Shown: positions 7,690 through 16,825 of the stretch, one piece after another | Layout: each line of letters opens with the position of its first letter | Numbering within the stretch: the stretch's first letter is position 1 | NCBI GenBank assembly: GCA_021108395.1 | Contig: JAIOQZ010000026.1 | Span: 30,051-94,050 of the forward strand | Direction: 5' to 3' | Origin: Candidatus Cloacimonadota bacterium | Lineage (GTDB): Bacteria; Cloacimonadota; Cloacimonadia; Cloacimonadales; JAIOQZ01 | DNA length: 64,000 bases | Program-made: the position numbers and the translations under genes | The notes under the pieces: model-generated | The model's database searches: none | What the model saw: only the letters and a program-made list of their open reading frames with translations | What the model was told of the DNA's origin: nothing

Positions 7690-8895
7690 TCAGTTTGCGT
7701 TCTTCTTCAGAGAGGCAAGGTTAACCGAGAACGCCATATATATCTGCGCCACCGGCACATCCCCCAGCATATCTGCCATCATCGAGAGGTGAAGGTCTCC
7801 GGCGCGGAAAGCATAGGAAAGGCCGCCGGTGAAGAAAAGCTGGTCGTTTTCGGGGATGACAGCGTAGGCGTGGTTCTCCTCGTCGGTGACGAGCGGCCAG
7901 TAATATGAGTTTTGCGACCCCTCGGCGATGGCGGGCTTGTCCGGAAAGGACAGCTCGCCGGCGAACACCCCCGGTGACTGCATGACACCCACGCGCGCGG
8001 TATATGGCCCCTGTCGTTTCTCGGCGCCGAACTTGAGACGGGTGCGGTCGTCAAAGTCGTCGGACTGCTGACTGCACATTTCGTGCTCGACGTCGGCCGC
8101 CAGCGTTACGCTGCCCAGTGTGCAGGCCGCGCCGGCGGCTATAACCATCGGGATAGTCACATTGTAATCCTCGTCATAATTCATGTCGAACGCGATAGTG
8201 GCAGGCGAAGTGAACGACCCGCCCAACGCCAAAACGCCGTGCTGCCAACGGATTCCGGGCTGCGCTCGTAAGGCGAAATCGGTTCTTTGCTCGCGGCCAA
8301 ACATCCAGTAATTGCGATAATCTTTTTGAATATAGAGATCGGCGAGCAGGTTGAGGCCGAGCGAGAGATCGCCCCAATGACTGCTCCCCGTCACCACAAA
8401 CTGCGAATGGGTGAACGATGGCCTCAGCGTTTGGCAACCGTTATCCTGGGTTTCGCGGGCGAAGCTGTCGAACTTGATGCTCTGCGGTACAGCGAACACG
8501 AGCGCCATATCCAGCCGTGGGTGCACTGGCATCCCGAATCCGACAATGCCGAAGGGGATAGTCGAATTGTACTCCTGCGTTATGTACACGTCCTGCGGGC
8601 GGCTGTTCCTGAATGGCTTGGTGTTCATCTCGTCGATGTTCGGCTTGAGAAAAAGCTCCATGTAGGCGTATGCGCCATCCAGTTGAAGCGAAGCCGGGTT
8701 GATGAGTACGCTGTTGATGCCGCCAGGCAAAGCCACGCCTGTGTGGCCGCGACCAACGGCTTCGGCGTTGAGATAGTTGCGCGAGAACTGGTCGAATATG
8801 CTCTGAATGAACTCGGGGGCGGCGTAGGGGATACCCTCGGCCACGAGCGCAACAGTCATCGTGAGTAGCAGCAAACTGATAATGAAGCGGTACAT
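7690..8895 (-). CDS. FadL/PorV-like outer-membrane beta-barrel protein
   Basis: Signal peptide MYRFIISLLLLTMTVALVAEG. Motif AEAVGRGHTGVALPGGINSVLINPASL resembles the N-terminal motif of the PorV/PorQ/FadL-like family. Alternating beta-strand pattern throughout. Confidence 0.6.
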   Translation of the reverse strand: MYRFIISLLLLTMTVALVAEGIPYAAPEFIQSIFDQFSRNYLNAEAVGRGHTGVALPGGINSVLINPASLQLDGAYAYMELFLKPNIDEMNTKPFRNSRPQDVYITQEYNSTIPFGIVGFGMPVHPRLDMALVFAVPQSIKFDSFARETQDNGCQTLRPSFTHSQFVVTGSSHWGDLSLGLNLLADLYIQKDYRNYWMFGREQRTDFALRAQPGIRWQHGVLALGGSFTSPATIAFDMNYDEDYNVTIPMVIAAGAACTLGSVTLAADVEHEMCSQQSDDFDDRTRLKFGAEKRQGPYTARVGVMQSPGVFAGELSFPDKPAIAEGSQNSYYWPLVTDEENHAYAVIPENDQLFFTGGLSYAFRAGDLHLSMMADMLGDVPVAQIYMAFSVNLASLKKNAN

Positions 8896-8910
8896 AGTAT
8901 TCTCCTTCGC

Positions 8911-10170
8911 TCAGGAACGGAAGATTGTCTGGTTGCGGTCGGGACCGACAGATACGATGCTGACCGGTACGCCGACCAGGCGTTCGATGGCCTGTACATA
9001 TTGCTGCGCGGCTTGCGGCAGATCGTCGAAACGGGTGATGCCGGTGATGTCCTCCTGCCAGCCGGGCATATCCTCGAACACCGGCTCGGCGCGGTTCAGA
9101 GCGCTGGCGCCGGCGGGGAAGCGACCGGTCTGCTCACCGTCGATGCGGTAGGCGGTGCACACCTTGAGCGTATCGAAGCCGCTGAGCACATCGAGCAGGG
9201 TGAACGCTATCTCGTCGAGGCCGTTGATGAGCGCTGTATAGCGAGCGGCCACGGCGTCGAACCAGCCGCAGCGTCGCGGCCTGCCGGAGACAGTGCCATA
9301 TTCGTGGCCACGGTCACGGATGCGCTGGCCGGTCTCGTCGTGCAGCTCGGTAACGAACGGGCCCTCGCCCACGCGGGTGAAGTAGCTCTTATAGACGCCC
9401 ACTATGCGATCGATGCGGCGGGTGGGGAAGCCGCTGCCCGTGGCGATGCCACCCATTGTGGTGTGTGACGAGGTGACAAACGGGTAGGTGCCCAGTCCCA
9501 CATCCAGCAGCGAACCCTGCGCTCCCTCGAACAATATGTTCTTGCCTGCGCTATACATCTCGTGCATCATGTATATGGTGGGCGCAAGGCATGGTTCGAG
9601 CCTGGCTGCCGCCTCGCGCAGCAGCGCGGAGGTCTCTTCCAACTCGATGGGCCGCACTTCGCCATAGTGGTGCCGGTGCAGGTTGGCGATACCGGCTCGC
9701 AACGCCTCCTCGTCGAACAGGTCGCCGAAGAGAAGATTAACCCGCGATGTGCGGTCGGCGTAAGCTGGGCCGATGCCACGTTTGGTGGTTCCGATTTTCA
9801 CGCGGTTGGCGTCGTTTTCGTGGCCGGCGTCGATGGTTTTGTGCAGCGGCAGCACCAGCGGCGCTCGCGGCGAGATGAAAAAACGCCCCTCGAACTGCAA
9901 TCCCTGGTCACGCAGGGTGTTCATTTCCTGGAGCAACTGAAACGGGTCGATGACCATTCCCGCGCCGAGGATGCAGATGACATCGGGATAGAGCAGCCCC
10001 GATGGAACGGTGTTGAAAACGAATTTAGCGCCCTCCAGCCAGATGGTGTGGCCGGCGTTGGCGCCGCCCTGAAAGCGGACGACGGCATGGGCGTCACTGG
10101 CGAGCACATCAGTGATTTTGGCTTTTCCTTCGTCACCCCACATGCAGCCCAGAACAGCGGTTGTACTCAT
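8911..10170 (-). CDS. purA: Adenylosuccinate synthase
   Basis: GDEGKAKITD P-loop and GGANAGHT motifs. The ATG at 10170 is preceded by AGGAG, whereas the ORF track begins at 10194. Confidence 0.92.
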   Translation of the reverse strand: MSTTAVLGCMWGDEGKAKITDVLASDAHAVVRFQGGANAGHTIWLEGAKFVFNTVPSGLLYPDVICILGAGMVIDPFQLLQEMNTLRDQGLQFEGRFFISPRAPLVLPLHKTIDAGHENDANRVKIGTTKRGIGPAYADRTSRVNLLFGDLFDEEALRAGIANLHRHHYGEVRPIELEETSALLREAAARLEPCLAPTIYMMHEMYSAGKNILFEGAQGSLLDVGLGTYPFVTSSHTTMGGIATGSGFPTRRIDRIVGVYKSYFTRVGEGPFVTELHDETGQRIRDRGHEYGTVSGRPRRCGWFDAVAARYTALINGLDEIAFTLLDVLSGFDTLKVCTAYRIDGEQTGRFPAGASALNRAEPVFEDMPGWQEDITGITRFDDLPQAAQQYVQAIERLVGVPVSIVSVGPDRNQTIFRS

Positions 10171-10481
10171 GCGAACTCCTCTTGAGAGCGCCACAGGATG
10201 TCACCTGAACGAGGCGCCGATTTCACTCTCCAGTGAACCTCTCAGCGGTTTTCTGTCAAGCGCCGATATTCATTGAAGCGCCTCGATCAAGACTCACGCC
10301 AGCGATATGAGACTGATTCCAGCCTGGCTAGCCCCACCGTGGTTGGCCTGCGTCAGCGCCGGCGAGCGTTGCTTCTCCTGGCGTCGATTGCAGCACATAC
10401 ATCGGCGGGTCAGCGTTATCGGTAAAATATGGGTTGACGAAAACATCCCACCCACTTTGATGTTCTGAAATAACTTCAACA

Positions 10482-11822
10482 GTGAGCATCGCTATGCAAG
10501 ACGAGACGACAACCAGCCAGGACGAGCAATCCATCGAGGTGGAAGTGAGCAACGACGGCATGAGAGCTTTCATCGTATTGCCCGCTGCCACCGCTTTTCT
10601 CGACGAAAAATCTATCCTGTACGCTATCGAAGAAGCCGGAGTGACAGAGGGCTTCGAGCGCGCCGCAGAACAAGCCGCCGACGAGGAACGCCTTGCAGGC
10701 CGGCCAATGATTGTCGCTTTGGGGCAGCCGGTGAGTGAAGCCGCGGTCGAGTTCTCGCCGCTGTTCGACACCGAGCGCGCCTTCGAGCCGGCCAGCTTTG
10801 ACAACAACCTGCACCTGCTGCAACGATACGCCACCGTCATCGCGGGCGAACCTCTGGCGCATCTGTTCGTTACCCGTCCTCCCAGAACCGGTCGCAACGT
10901 ACGCGGCGAAGAGGTGACGCCCCAGCGCACCGCCGACGAGGCAATCGCAGCCTGCCTGGGCGAAGGGGCCGCCTTTGACGCCGACCGCTCGCAAGCGCTG
11001 GCCACCAGCAACGGCTATCCCTATCTCGACGAAACAGGCCGCGTGTGTGTCAAGTCGGAGTTCGTCATCGAGGGCGACATCGGGCTGGACTGTGAGCACT
11101 TCGGCGTCTTCGGCAACCTCACCGTCAACGGTAACATCCGCGAGAAGCTCATCATCGAAGTGACCGGCAACCTGACCGTCAATGGCGACATCGACGATGT
11201 TACGGTGAAGGTCGATGGCAACGCCGTCATCAACGGCGACATCCTCAACTGCCGCACCGGTGGCGTGCATGTGTCCGGCGACATCAGTTTCACCTCGGCA
11301 GACAACGCCCTGGTGGTTTGCGCCGGGCATATCCGCTTCACCGAACACGCGCAGTTCTGCAAGCTCATCGCGGGGCGGGGCGTATATGGCGACGAACAGA
11401 AGAGTTCGCTCGTGGGCGGCCTTGTGCAGAGCGGCGAGCACGTCGAAGTGGCGGTCATCGGCAACTCCGGCGCCATCGGCACCGAAATCGAAATCACCAT
11501 CAGTCCCTACATCAAAGAAAAGATGCTGGCTCTTACCAAGAAGCTGGCCTCGTTGCGTGAGAAACCCAGCGACAACGCCGCGCTCATCGATATGCTCACA
11601 GAGCAACTTCAAAACTACGAAAACCAGCTCGAAGAGCACATAAACGAAACGCTTCTGGGCAGCGTGACGCTGCCGCGCCATATCATCGTATTCAAGAAAA
11701 TCTTCGGCGGCACCTATCTGCGCATCCTCAAGAAATCGCAGACAGTGGTGGACGAGATGGAAAAGGTCTCGTTCAGCATCGCCGATGGCGAACTCGTCGC
11801 CGACAGTTTCAAAACCGACTGA
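10482..11822 (+). CDS. FapA-family protein (DUF342)
   Basis: N-terminal pattern IEVEVSNDGMRAFIVL. Central left-handed-helix-like repeats NLTVNGNI..VTGNLTVNGDIDDVTVKVDGNAVINGDI. C-terminal coiled coil. GTG start at 10482, or ATG at 10494. Confidence 0.7.
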   Translation: MSIAMQDETTTSQDEQSIEVEVSNDGMRAFIVLPAATAFLDEKSILYAIEEAGVTEGFERAAEQAADEERLAGRPMIVALGQPVSEAAVEFSPLFDTERAFEPASFDNNLHLLQRYATVIAGEPLAHLFVTRPPRTGRNVRGEEVTPQRTADEAIAACLGEGAAFDADRSQALATSNGYPYLDETGRVCVKSEFVIEGDIGLDCEHFGVFGNLTVNGNIREKLIIEVTGNLTVNGDIDDVTVKVDGNAVINGDILNCRTGGVHVSGDISFTSADNALVVCAGHIRFTEHAQFCKLIAGRGVYGDEQKSSLVGGLVQSGEHVEVAVIGNSGAIGTEIEITISPYIKEKMLALTKKLASLREKPSDNAALIDMLTEQLQNYENQLEEHINETLLGSVTLPRHIIVFKKIFGGTYLRILKKSQTVVDEMEKVSFSIADGELVADSFKTD

Positions 11823-11833
11823 AAGGTAACTTC

Positions 11834-12070
11834 ATGCTGTTGACCATACTCCTCGTTCTGTTGTTCGTCTCTGCCTTCATCTCGTGGAAAACCTACCGTC
11901 CCGCAAAAGGCAATACCGTGTTCTACACCTGGATCGTCGTGAGCGTGGTGTTCGCGTTCATGGCCAAGCGTATGCTCGTGCTGCCGCCCTACACCCATAT
12001 CTACCTGGCCGTTTCCATCATTCTGGGCCACTCGCTGGGCGTGTTTTTGCGCACTTGGGATCAGTGGTAG
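11834..12070 (+). CDS. Small membrane protein (2-3 TM), hypothetical
   Basis: 78-aa ORF that is strongly hydrophobic (MLLTILLVLLFVSAFISW..). Tightly spaced between FapA-like and hutH on the same strand. Confidence 0.5.
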   Translation: MLLTILLVLLFVSAFISWKTYRPAKGNTVFYTWIVVSVVFAFMAKRMLVLPPYTHIYLAVSIILGHSLGVFLRTWDQW

Positions 12071-12137
12071 CCATCTTGCCTGTTGACAGCCCTCGCGGCC
12101 TGCGAGAACCTGTCCTCATTACATAATGGGAGCGAGC

Positions 12138-13724
12138 ATGGAGCATGTGATTCTGGATGGAGGTTCACTCACCCTCGAAGCTGTTGGGCATGTGGTGTAT
12201 AACCACATACCGGTCAGTCTTTCCGCGGAAGCCCGCGAGCGGGTGCGGCGCTGCCGTATCGAGGTAGAGAACATCGTCGGCGACGGCCACACGGTCTATG
12301 GCATCAACACAGGATTCGGGGCGCTCAAGAACAAGCGCATCCCACGCGAAAAGCTGCGTCAGTTGCAGCGCAATCTCATCGCCAGCCACTCGACCGGCGT
12401 GGGCGACTACTTCCCCATCGAGGTGGTGCGCGCCACCATGTTACTGCGGGCCAATTCTCTGGCCGGCGGGCATTCTGGCATCCGCCTCGAAACACTCGAA
12501 ACGCTGCTGGCAATGCTCAACAAGGGCGTGCATCCGGCTGTGCCCCAGCAAGGTTCGGTGGGCGCATCGGGCGATCTCGCCCCCATCTCGCACCTCATGC
12601 TGGTGCTCTGCCGCGACCCCGAAGAAGACCGCGATGAAGACTCCGGTCGCGTCATCATCAAGCAGAACCTCGACCGCGACAACCTGCGCCGCGTCACTGT
12701 CAGCGGCAAACAGGCCATGAAAGACGCCGGTGTCGAGCGGGTGACGCTGGACGCAAAGGAAGGCCTGGCTCTGAATAACGGCACCAATGTAATGACCGCC
12801 GTTGCCGTGCTGGCCTGCATCGAAGCGCGCAAGCTGATGGACTGGTCAACGGGGATATTCGGCTGCTCGCTCGAATCCCTGCGCGGGGTGAGCGCTGCTT
12901 ACTTCGCCCGTATCCACGAGCTGCGCCGCCACGATGGCCAGTCGGAAGTGGCCCGGCGGGTGCGCGAAACCACCCAGGGCAGCAAACTGATCGACAGTCG
13001 CCCCGGCGAGGTGCAGGACAGCTACAGCCTTCGCTGTTTCCCGCAGGTGGCGGGCTCGACGCTGGCCACGCTCGACTGGGTCTGTAGCATCGTGAAAAAC
13101 GAGTGCAACGCAGTCACCGACAACCCGCTCATCTTCCCTGACGAAGAGCGCAAATTTTACTCTGGCGGCAACTTTCACGGCGAGCCCATCGCCCTGGCCT
13201 GCGACTTCCTCAAGATCGCCATGGCCGAGCTGGGCAACATCGCCGAGCGCCGTATTTTCAGATTGCTGACAGAACATTGCAACAACGGCCTGCCCAGTGT
13301 GCTCTCACCAAATCCGGGACTGCAAAGCGGCCTGATGCTCATGCAATACACCGCCGCCGCGCTGGTCTCGGAGAACAAAACCCTGGCGCATCCCGCCTCG
13401 GTTGACTCGGTGCCCACAGGCGGCAATATCGAAGACCATGTGTCGATGGGCACCATTGCCGCACGTCACCTGCGACTGGTGATCGAGAACGTCCGGCGCG
13501 TACTCGCCATCGAACTCATCTGCGCCTGCCAGGCCCTCGACCTGCGACTGAAGCTCGATGACGACTTCGCCGGCATGTCCCCCGAAAACGCCTTTGGCGC
13601 AGGCACTCTTCGGCATTACCAGAGCCTGCGCCAGGCAGGCGTGCGCTATTGGGAGCGTGACCGCGTCGCCTACCCGGACATCGAGCGCGCTGTGCAGCTG
13701 CTGGAAAAGGAGCCGGACGCATGA
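12138..13724 (+). CDS. hutH: Histidine ammonia-lyase (aromatic amino acid lyase family, MIO cofactor)
   Basis: GSVGASGDLAPISHL (Ala-Ser-Gly MIO triad), KEGLALNNGT and NPLIF motifs. GGAG lies 5 nt upstream of ATG 12138. Alternative ATG at 12126. Confidence 0.88.
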   Translation: MEHVILDGGSLTLEAVGHVVYNHIPVSLSAEARERVRRCRIEVENIVGDGHTVYGINTGFGALKNKRIPREKLRQLQRNLIASHSTGVGDYFPIEVVRATMLLRANSLAGGHSGIRLETLETLLAMLNKGVHPAVPQQGSVGASGDLAPISHLMLVLCRDPEEDRDEDSGRVIIKQNLDRDNLRRVTVSGKQAMKDAGVERVTLDAKEGLALNNGTNVMTAVAVLACIEARKLMDWSTGIFGCSLESLRGVSAAYFARIHELRRHDGQSEVARRVRETTQGSKLIDSRPGEVQDSYSLRCFPQVAGSTLATLDWVCSIVKNECNAVTDNPLIFPDEERKFYSGGNFHGEPIALACDFLKIAMAELGNIAERRIFRLLTEHCNNGLPSVLSPNPGLQSGLMLMQYTAAALVSENKTLAHPASVDSVPTGGNIEDHVSMGTIAARHLRLVIENVRRVLAIELICACQALDLRLKLDDDFAGMSPENAFGAGTLRHYQSLRQAGVRYWERDRVAYPDIERAVQLLEKEPDA

Positions 13725-15910
13725 GGCGCAAGAGCCTGGCGCTGCTGCTGTTGGCCGCACTGCTGACCGGTGGCTGTTCGTTCGCTTACTACAACACCTA
13801 CTTCAACGCCAAGCATTATTACAAAGAAGCTCAGAAGCTGCCTGTGCGCGATGATGGCCGCCCCGCGGCCTCGGCGGTGCAGAACTATAACAAGGCCATC
13901 CAGAAGTGCGGCATCATCATTACCGAGTACAAGGAAACCAAGTGGATTGACGACGCCCTGTTCCTGCTGGCCAAGTGTCTCTATCACAAGGGCAGCGGCT
14001 ATGTGCAGGCAGCCGAGAAATTCGAGGATCTGCTCGAATATTACCCAGACAGCCCGTTCGTGCCCGAATCGAAGCTATATCTGGCGCGTTGCCGCTGGGG
14101 GCTGGGCAAGCACGAAGACGCCTACCGGCTGCTGCAGGAGTTCCTCATCTCCAGCGACTACCATGAACTCCACGTCCTGGCTCTGCTGCTTCTCGCCAAC
14201 TGGCGCATCGAGGACGAGGATTTTGTGCGTGCCGAGTCGCTACTGAACCAGCTTCTCGAAGATTTCCCCGACTCCGAGGAATTCGAGCAGGCCTACTTTT
14301 TGCTGGCCATCACCTATCAAAATCAGTCCAACTTCGAGCGATCGAACGAGGTGTTCCACCTGCTGCTCGACTCTCCGGTGAGTCGCCGCACCAAGTTGGA
14401 TGCGCGTTATCACATTGCCTGGAACCTGCATGCCACAGGCAGCTACGATGAATCTATGGCCACCTGCGAACGACTGGTGAAGGACGAGTATAAGGAAAGC
14501 CTGCTGCCACGCATTCAGGTTCTCATAGCTCGAAACCATGCAGGGCAGGAAAACCTGGACGACGCTGTCGATATGCTGGAGAAGGTGCTGGCCGACGCGC
14601 CTCGCACATATATCTCCGCCGAAGCCGCCTATTGGCTGGCCGAACTCCACTTCACCGTCGCCCTCGATTATGAACAGGCCATCGAGAACTACAATCGCGT
14701 GAAGCGAGAGAAGGGCGACTCGCCGTTCGTCGAAAACGCGGTCAGTCGCAGCGCCGTCGCCAGCCAGATATTGCAGTTTCAGAACAAAGATCGCGATATT
14801 TCGGCGCAAGACCTTGTTGACGAGCATTTCAAGCTGGCCGAGTATTTCCTCGATGTGCTGGCGATGCCGGATTCGGCGCTGGCAGTATATCACCGCGTTC
14901 AACAGCAGGGAGACCGTGTGCGCGCCCAGGCAGCCCAGCTCGATTCGCTTCTGCAACACAGCATCGCCCTGCCGGATTCTGTCGATTCGCTTGCACAGGT
15001 GCGCGTGGACTCCCTGCGCACAGCCCTGGCCCAGGTGCGCAAAACCTCCATGATGTTTGACACTATGTTCAGTCCGTTCGCACAGTTTTGCGAGCTTTGG
15101 GTGCATGTAACCGAGTTCCAGGATACCGTTTCGGCCCGGCAAATACTCGAAGACATGCAGGCTGCCTCTCCCGAAAACCGCTACACCGTCGGCGCCGAGG
15201 ACTTCCTGGCCGGGCGCGAGGTGCAGTTCGTCACCGTTCACGAACAGCGTGGCATGTCCGCCTATGCCGACGCAATTGCCGGCCTGCCCGATGACCCCGA
15301 TGCGGCGTTGCACCAACTGCGCGCCGTGCTGACCGACTACAATGACGTCATGGGCGCCAGAACGCTGTACGCGCTGGGGTGGGTGAATCTGTACGAAGTG
15401 GGGGACTCCACAGCCGCCGCGCTCTGGTTCGACTCGCTGCTGGCGGTAGCGCCGGAGTCCGAGTATGCCACGCAGGTGCAACGCTATTACATCGAAGGCC
15501 AGTTCGAGCGGCTCGATGGGCTGCCCATGCTGCAAGAGGGTGAAGAATCGCCAGATGCAGACAGCCTGCGCTCTACTGTGTTGCCCACACGTTCCGGCCC
15601 GGAGCCAATCACCCCCCGCGACGCGAAATTCGATGAATTCCCTATGGTTTTCGAGGAATACTATCCGCCAAACCCAACGAACAGGCCGATTTTCGGACAA
15701 GTGGAACTCGATGTTGAGATATTGATAGATGGCAGTATCGGCGCTGTGGAGATTGCTCGAAGCTATGACAGCAGCCCGGGCGGGCTCGACCAGCTTGGTC
15801 TCGAAGGCGTCCGGCGCTGGCGGTTCGGCCCTGCCATGCTCGATGGTAAACCGGTAGCCTGCTGGATCGTCGTCCCCATCAATTACGGCCCGGTTCTGCC
15901 ACCCGAGTGA
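13721..15910 (+). CDS. TPR-repeat lipoprotein with a C-terminal TonB-like domain
   Basis: Lipobox LLTGGCS. N-terminal YYNTYFNAKHYYKEAQK and multiple TPR-like helices. The last ~80 aa (VELDVEILIDGSIGAVEIARS..GLEGVRRWRFGPAMLDGKPVACWIVVPINY) resemble TonB_C. ATGA overlap with the hutH stop. Confidence 0.7.
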   Translation: MRRKSLALLLLAALLTGGCSFAYYNTYFNAKHYYKEAQKLPVRDDGRPAASAVQNYNKAIQKCGIIITEYKETKWIDDALFLLAKCLYHKGSGYVQAAEKFEDLLEYYPDSPFVPESKLYLARCRWGLGKHEDAYRLLQEFLISSDYHELHVLALLLLANWRIEDEDFVRAESLLNQLLEDFPDSEEFEQAYFLLAITYQNQSNFERSNEVFHLLLDSPVSRRTKLDARYHIAWNLHATGSYDESMATCERLVKDEYKESLLPRIQVLIARNHAGQENLDDAVDMLEKVLADAPRTYISAEAAYWLAELHFTVALDYEQAIENYNRVKREKGDSPFVENAVSRSAVASQILQFQNKDRDISAQDLVDEHFKLAEYFLDVLAMPDSALAVYHRVQQQGDRVRAQAAQLDSLLQHSIALPDSVDSLAQVRVDSLRTALAQVRKTSMMFDTMFSPFAQFCELWVHVTEFQDTVSARQILEDMQAASPENRYTVGAEDFLAGREVQFVTVHEQRGMSAYADAIAGLPDDPDAALHQLRAVLTDYNDVMGARTLYALGWVNLYEVGDSTAAALWFDSLLAVAPESEYATQVQRYYIEGQFERLDGLPMLQEGEESPDADSLRSTVLPTRSGPEPITPRDAKFDEFPMVFEEYYPPNPTNRPIFGQVELDVEILIDGSIGAVEIARSYDSSPGGLDQLGLEGVRRWRFGPAMLDGKPVACWIVVPINYGPVLPPE

Positions 15911-16536
15911 TCATGTTCGGCAAGCAGGCAGTGGTGGCCAAGTTCTTCCTGGCACTGCTGCTGCTGCTGTGTGGCCTGCTGGCCGGGCTGCGACAAACGC
16001 TTCTGCTCACCGCCATGTCCGCGCTTTTCCTCTCACCTGCGCCACGCCTGTTACTGCAATGGCTGCGCCTGCTGCTGCGGCTCTGCCTGCCGTTTGCAGT
16101 TTTCTTCCTGCTGGGCATGGTTTCGGGCATTCCGTTCCCCGCCCAGTCGCTGCTGGCTCTGCGTGTCGCGCTGTTCCTGCTGCTGTCGGTCTGGCTGGCG
16201 CAAACCTCGCGCCTCGAACGCCTGGTACGCGAACTGCACCCGTTGCGGCGTATTCCGCTGGTGCATGACGCGCTGTGGTATCTTGTGGGGACGCTGCTGT
16301 GGCTGCCGGTCATCGGGGAGTGTCTGCGCAGGCGGCGCGGGGATGCCCGCTCTGTGCGGGCGCTGCCGAGGCTGCTGGTGGACGCGCTGGGAGAGGCAAT
16401 CGAGCGCATGGATGATATAGAACGACACACCGAAACAGCGCTGGCGCAGAGCGGTGACGCTTCGCGCTTCTCGGCGGCCAACCTGCTGCTGCTGCCGCCC
16501 GCGCTCGCCGCCATCGCCATTCTGCTCTGGCTCTAA
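15907..16536 (+). CDS. Polytopic membrane protein, hypothetical (weak CbiQ/EcfT-like look)
   Basis: GTGA overlap with the upstream stop. Leu-rich TM segments. No diagnostic motif recognised. Confidence 0.45.
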   Translation: MIMFGKQAVVAKFFLALLLLLCGLLAGLRQTLLLTAMSALFLSPAPRLLLQWLRLLLRLCLPFAVFFLLGMVSGIPFPAQSLLALRVALFLLLSVWLAQTSRLERLVRELHPLRRIPLVHDALWYLVGTLLWLPVIGECLRRRRGDARSVRALPRLLVDALGEAIERMDDIERHTETALAQSGDASRFSAANLLLLPPALAAIAILLWL

Positions 16537-16825
16537 GAGCAGGGGCTCTGCCCCTAAACCTTTAGAAAGCTCACTCCGCTATAGAAGGCTCACTCCGCTT
16601 CGCTACGTGACATAGCTACATGACAAGCTCGCCTTTTTGGGAGAAACGGTGTAAACACCGTTTGCTCCTGGGACGAAAATCGGTTTAGAAGCCGATTTTC
16701 GCAGGCGAGACCGAAAACTTCTAACGGATACTGCGTATCCTATGCACAATAGTTATTCTTATAACACAAGGATGCATTAGCATCCGCAAAAGTTGTGGGG
16801 TGTCAGGGGCGGAGCCCCTGCCTCT
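16537..16825. repeat. Mosaic palindromic-unit intergenic repeat, copy B
   Basis: Units at 16541-16555, 16644-16663, 16678-16697, 16726-16740, 16770-16785 and 16804-16820, with the block at 16585-16611. Colinear with copy A, but one arm of the T5GCA5 palindrome is missing. Confidence 0.9.
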
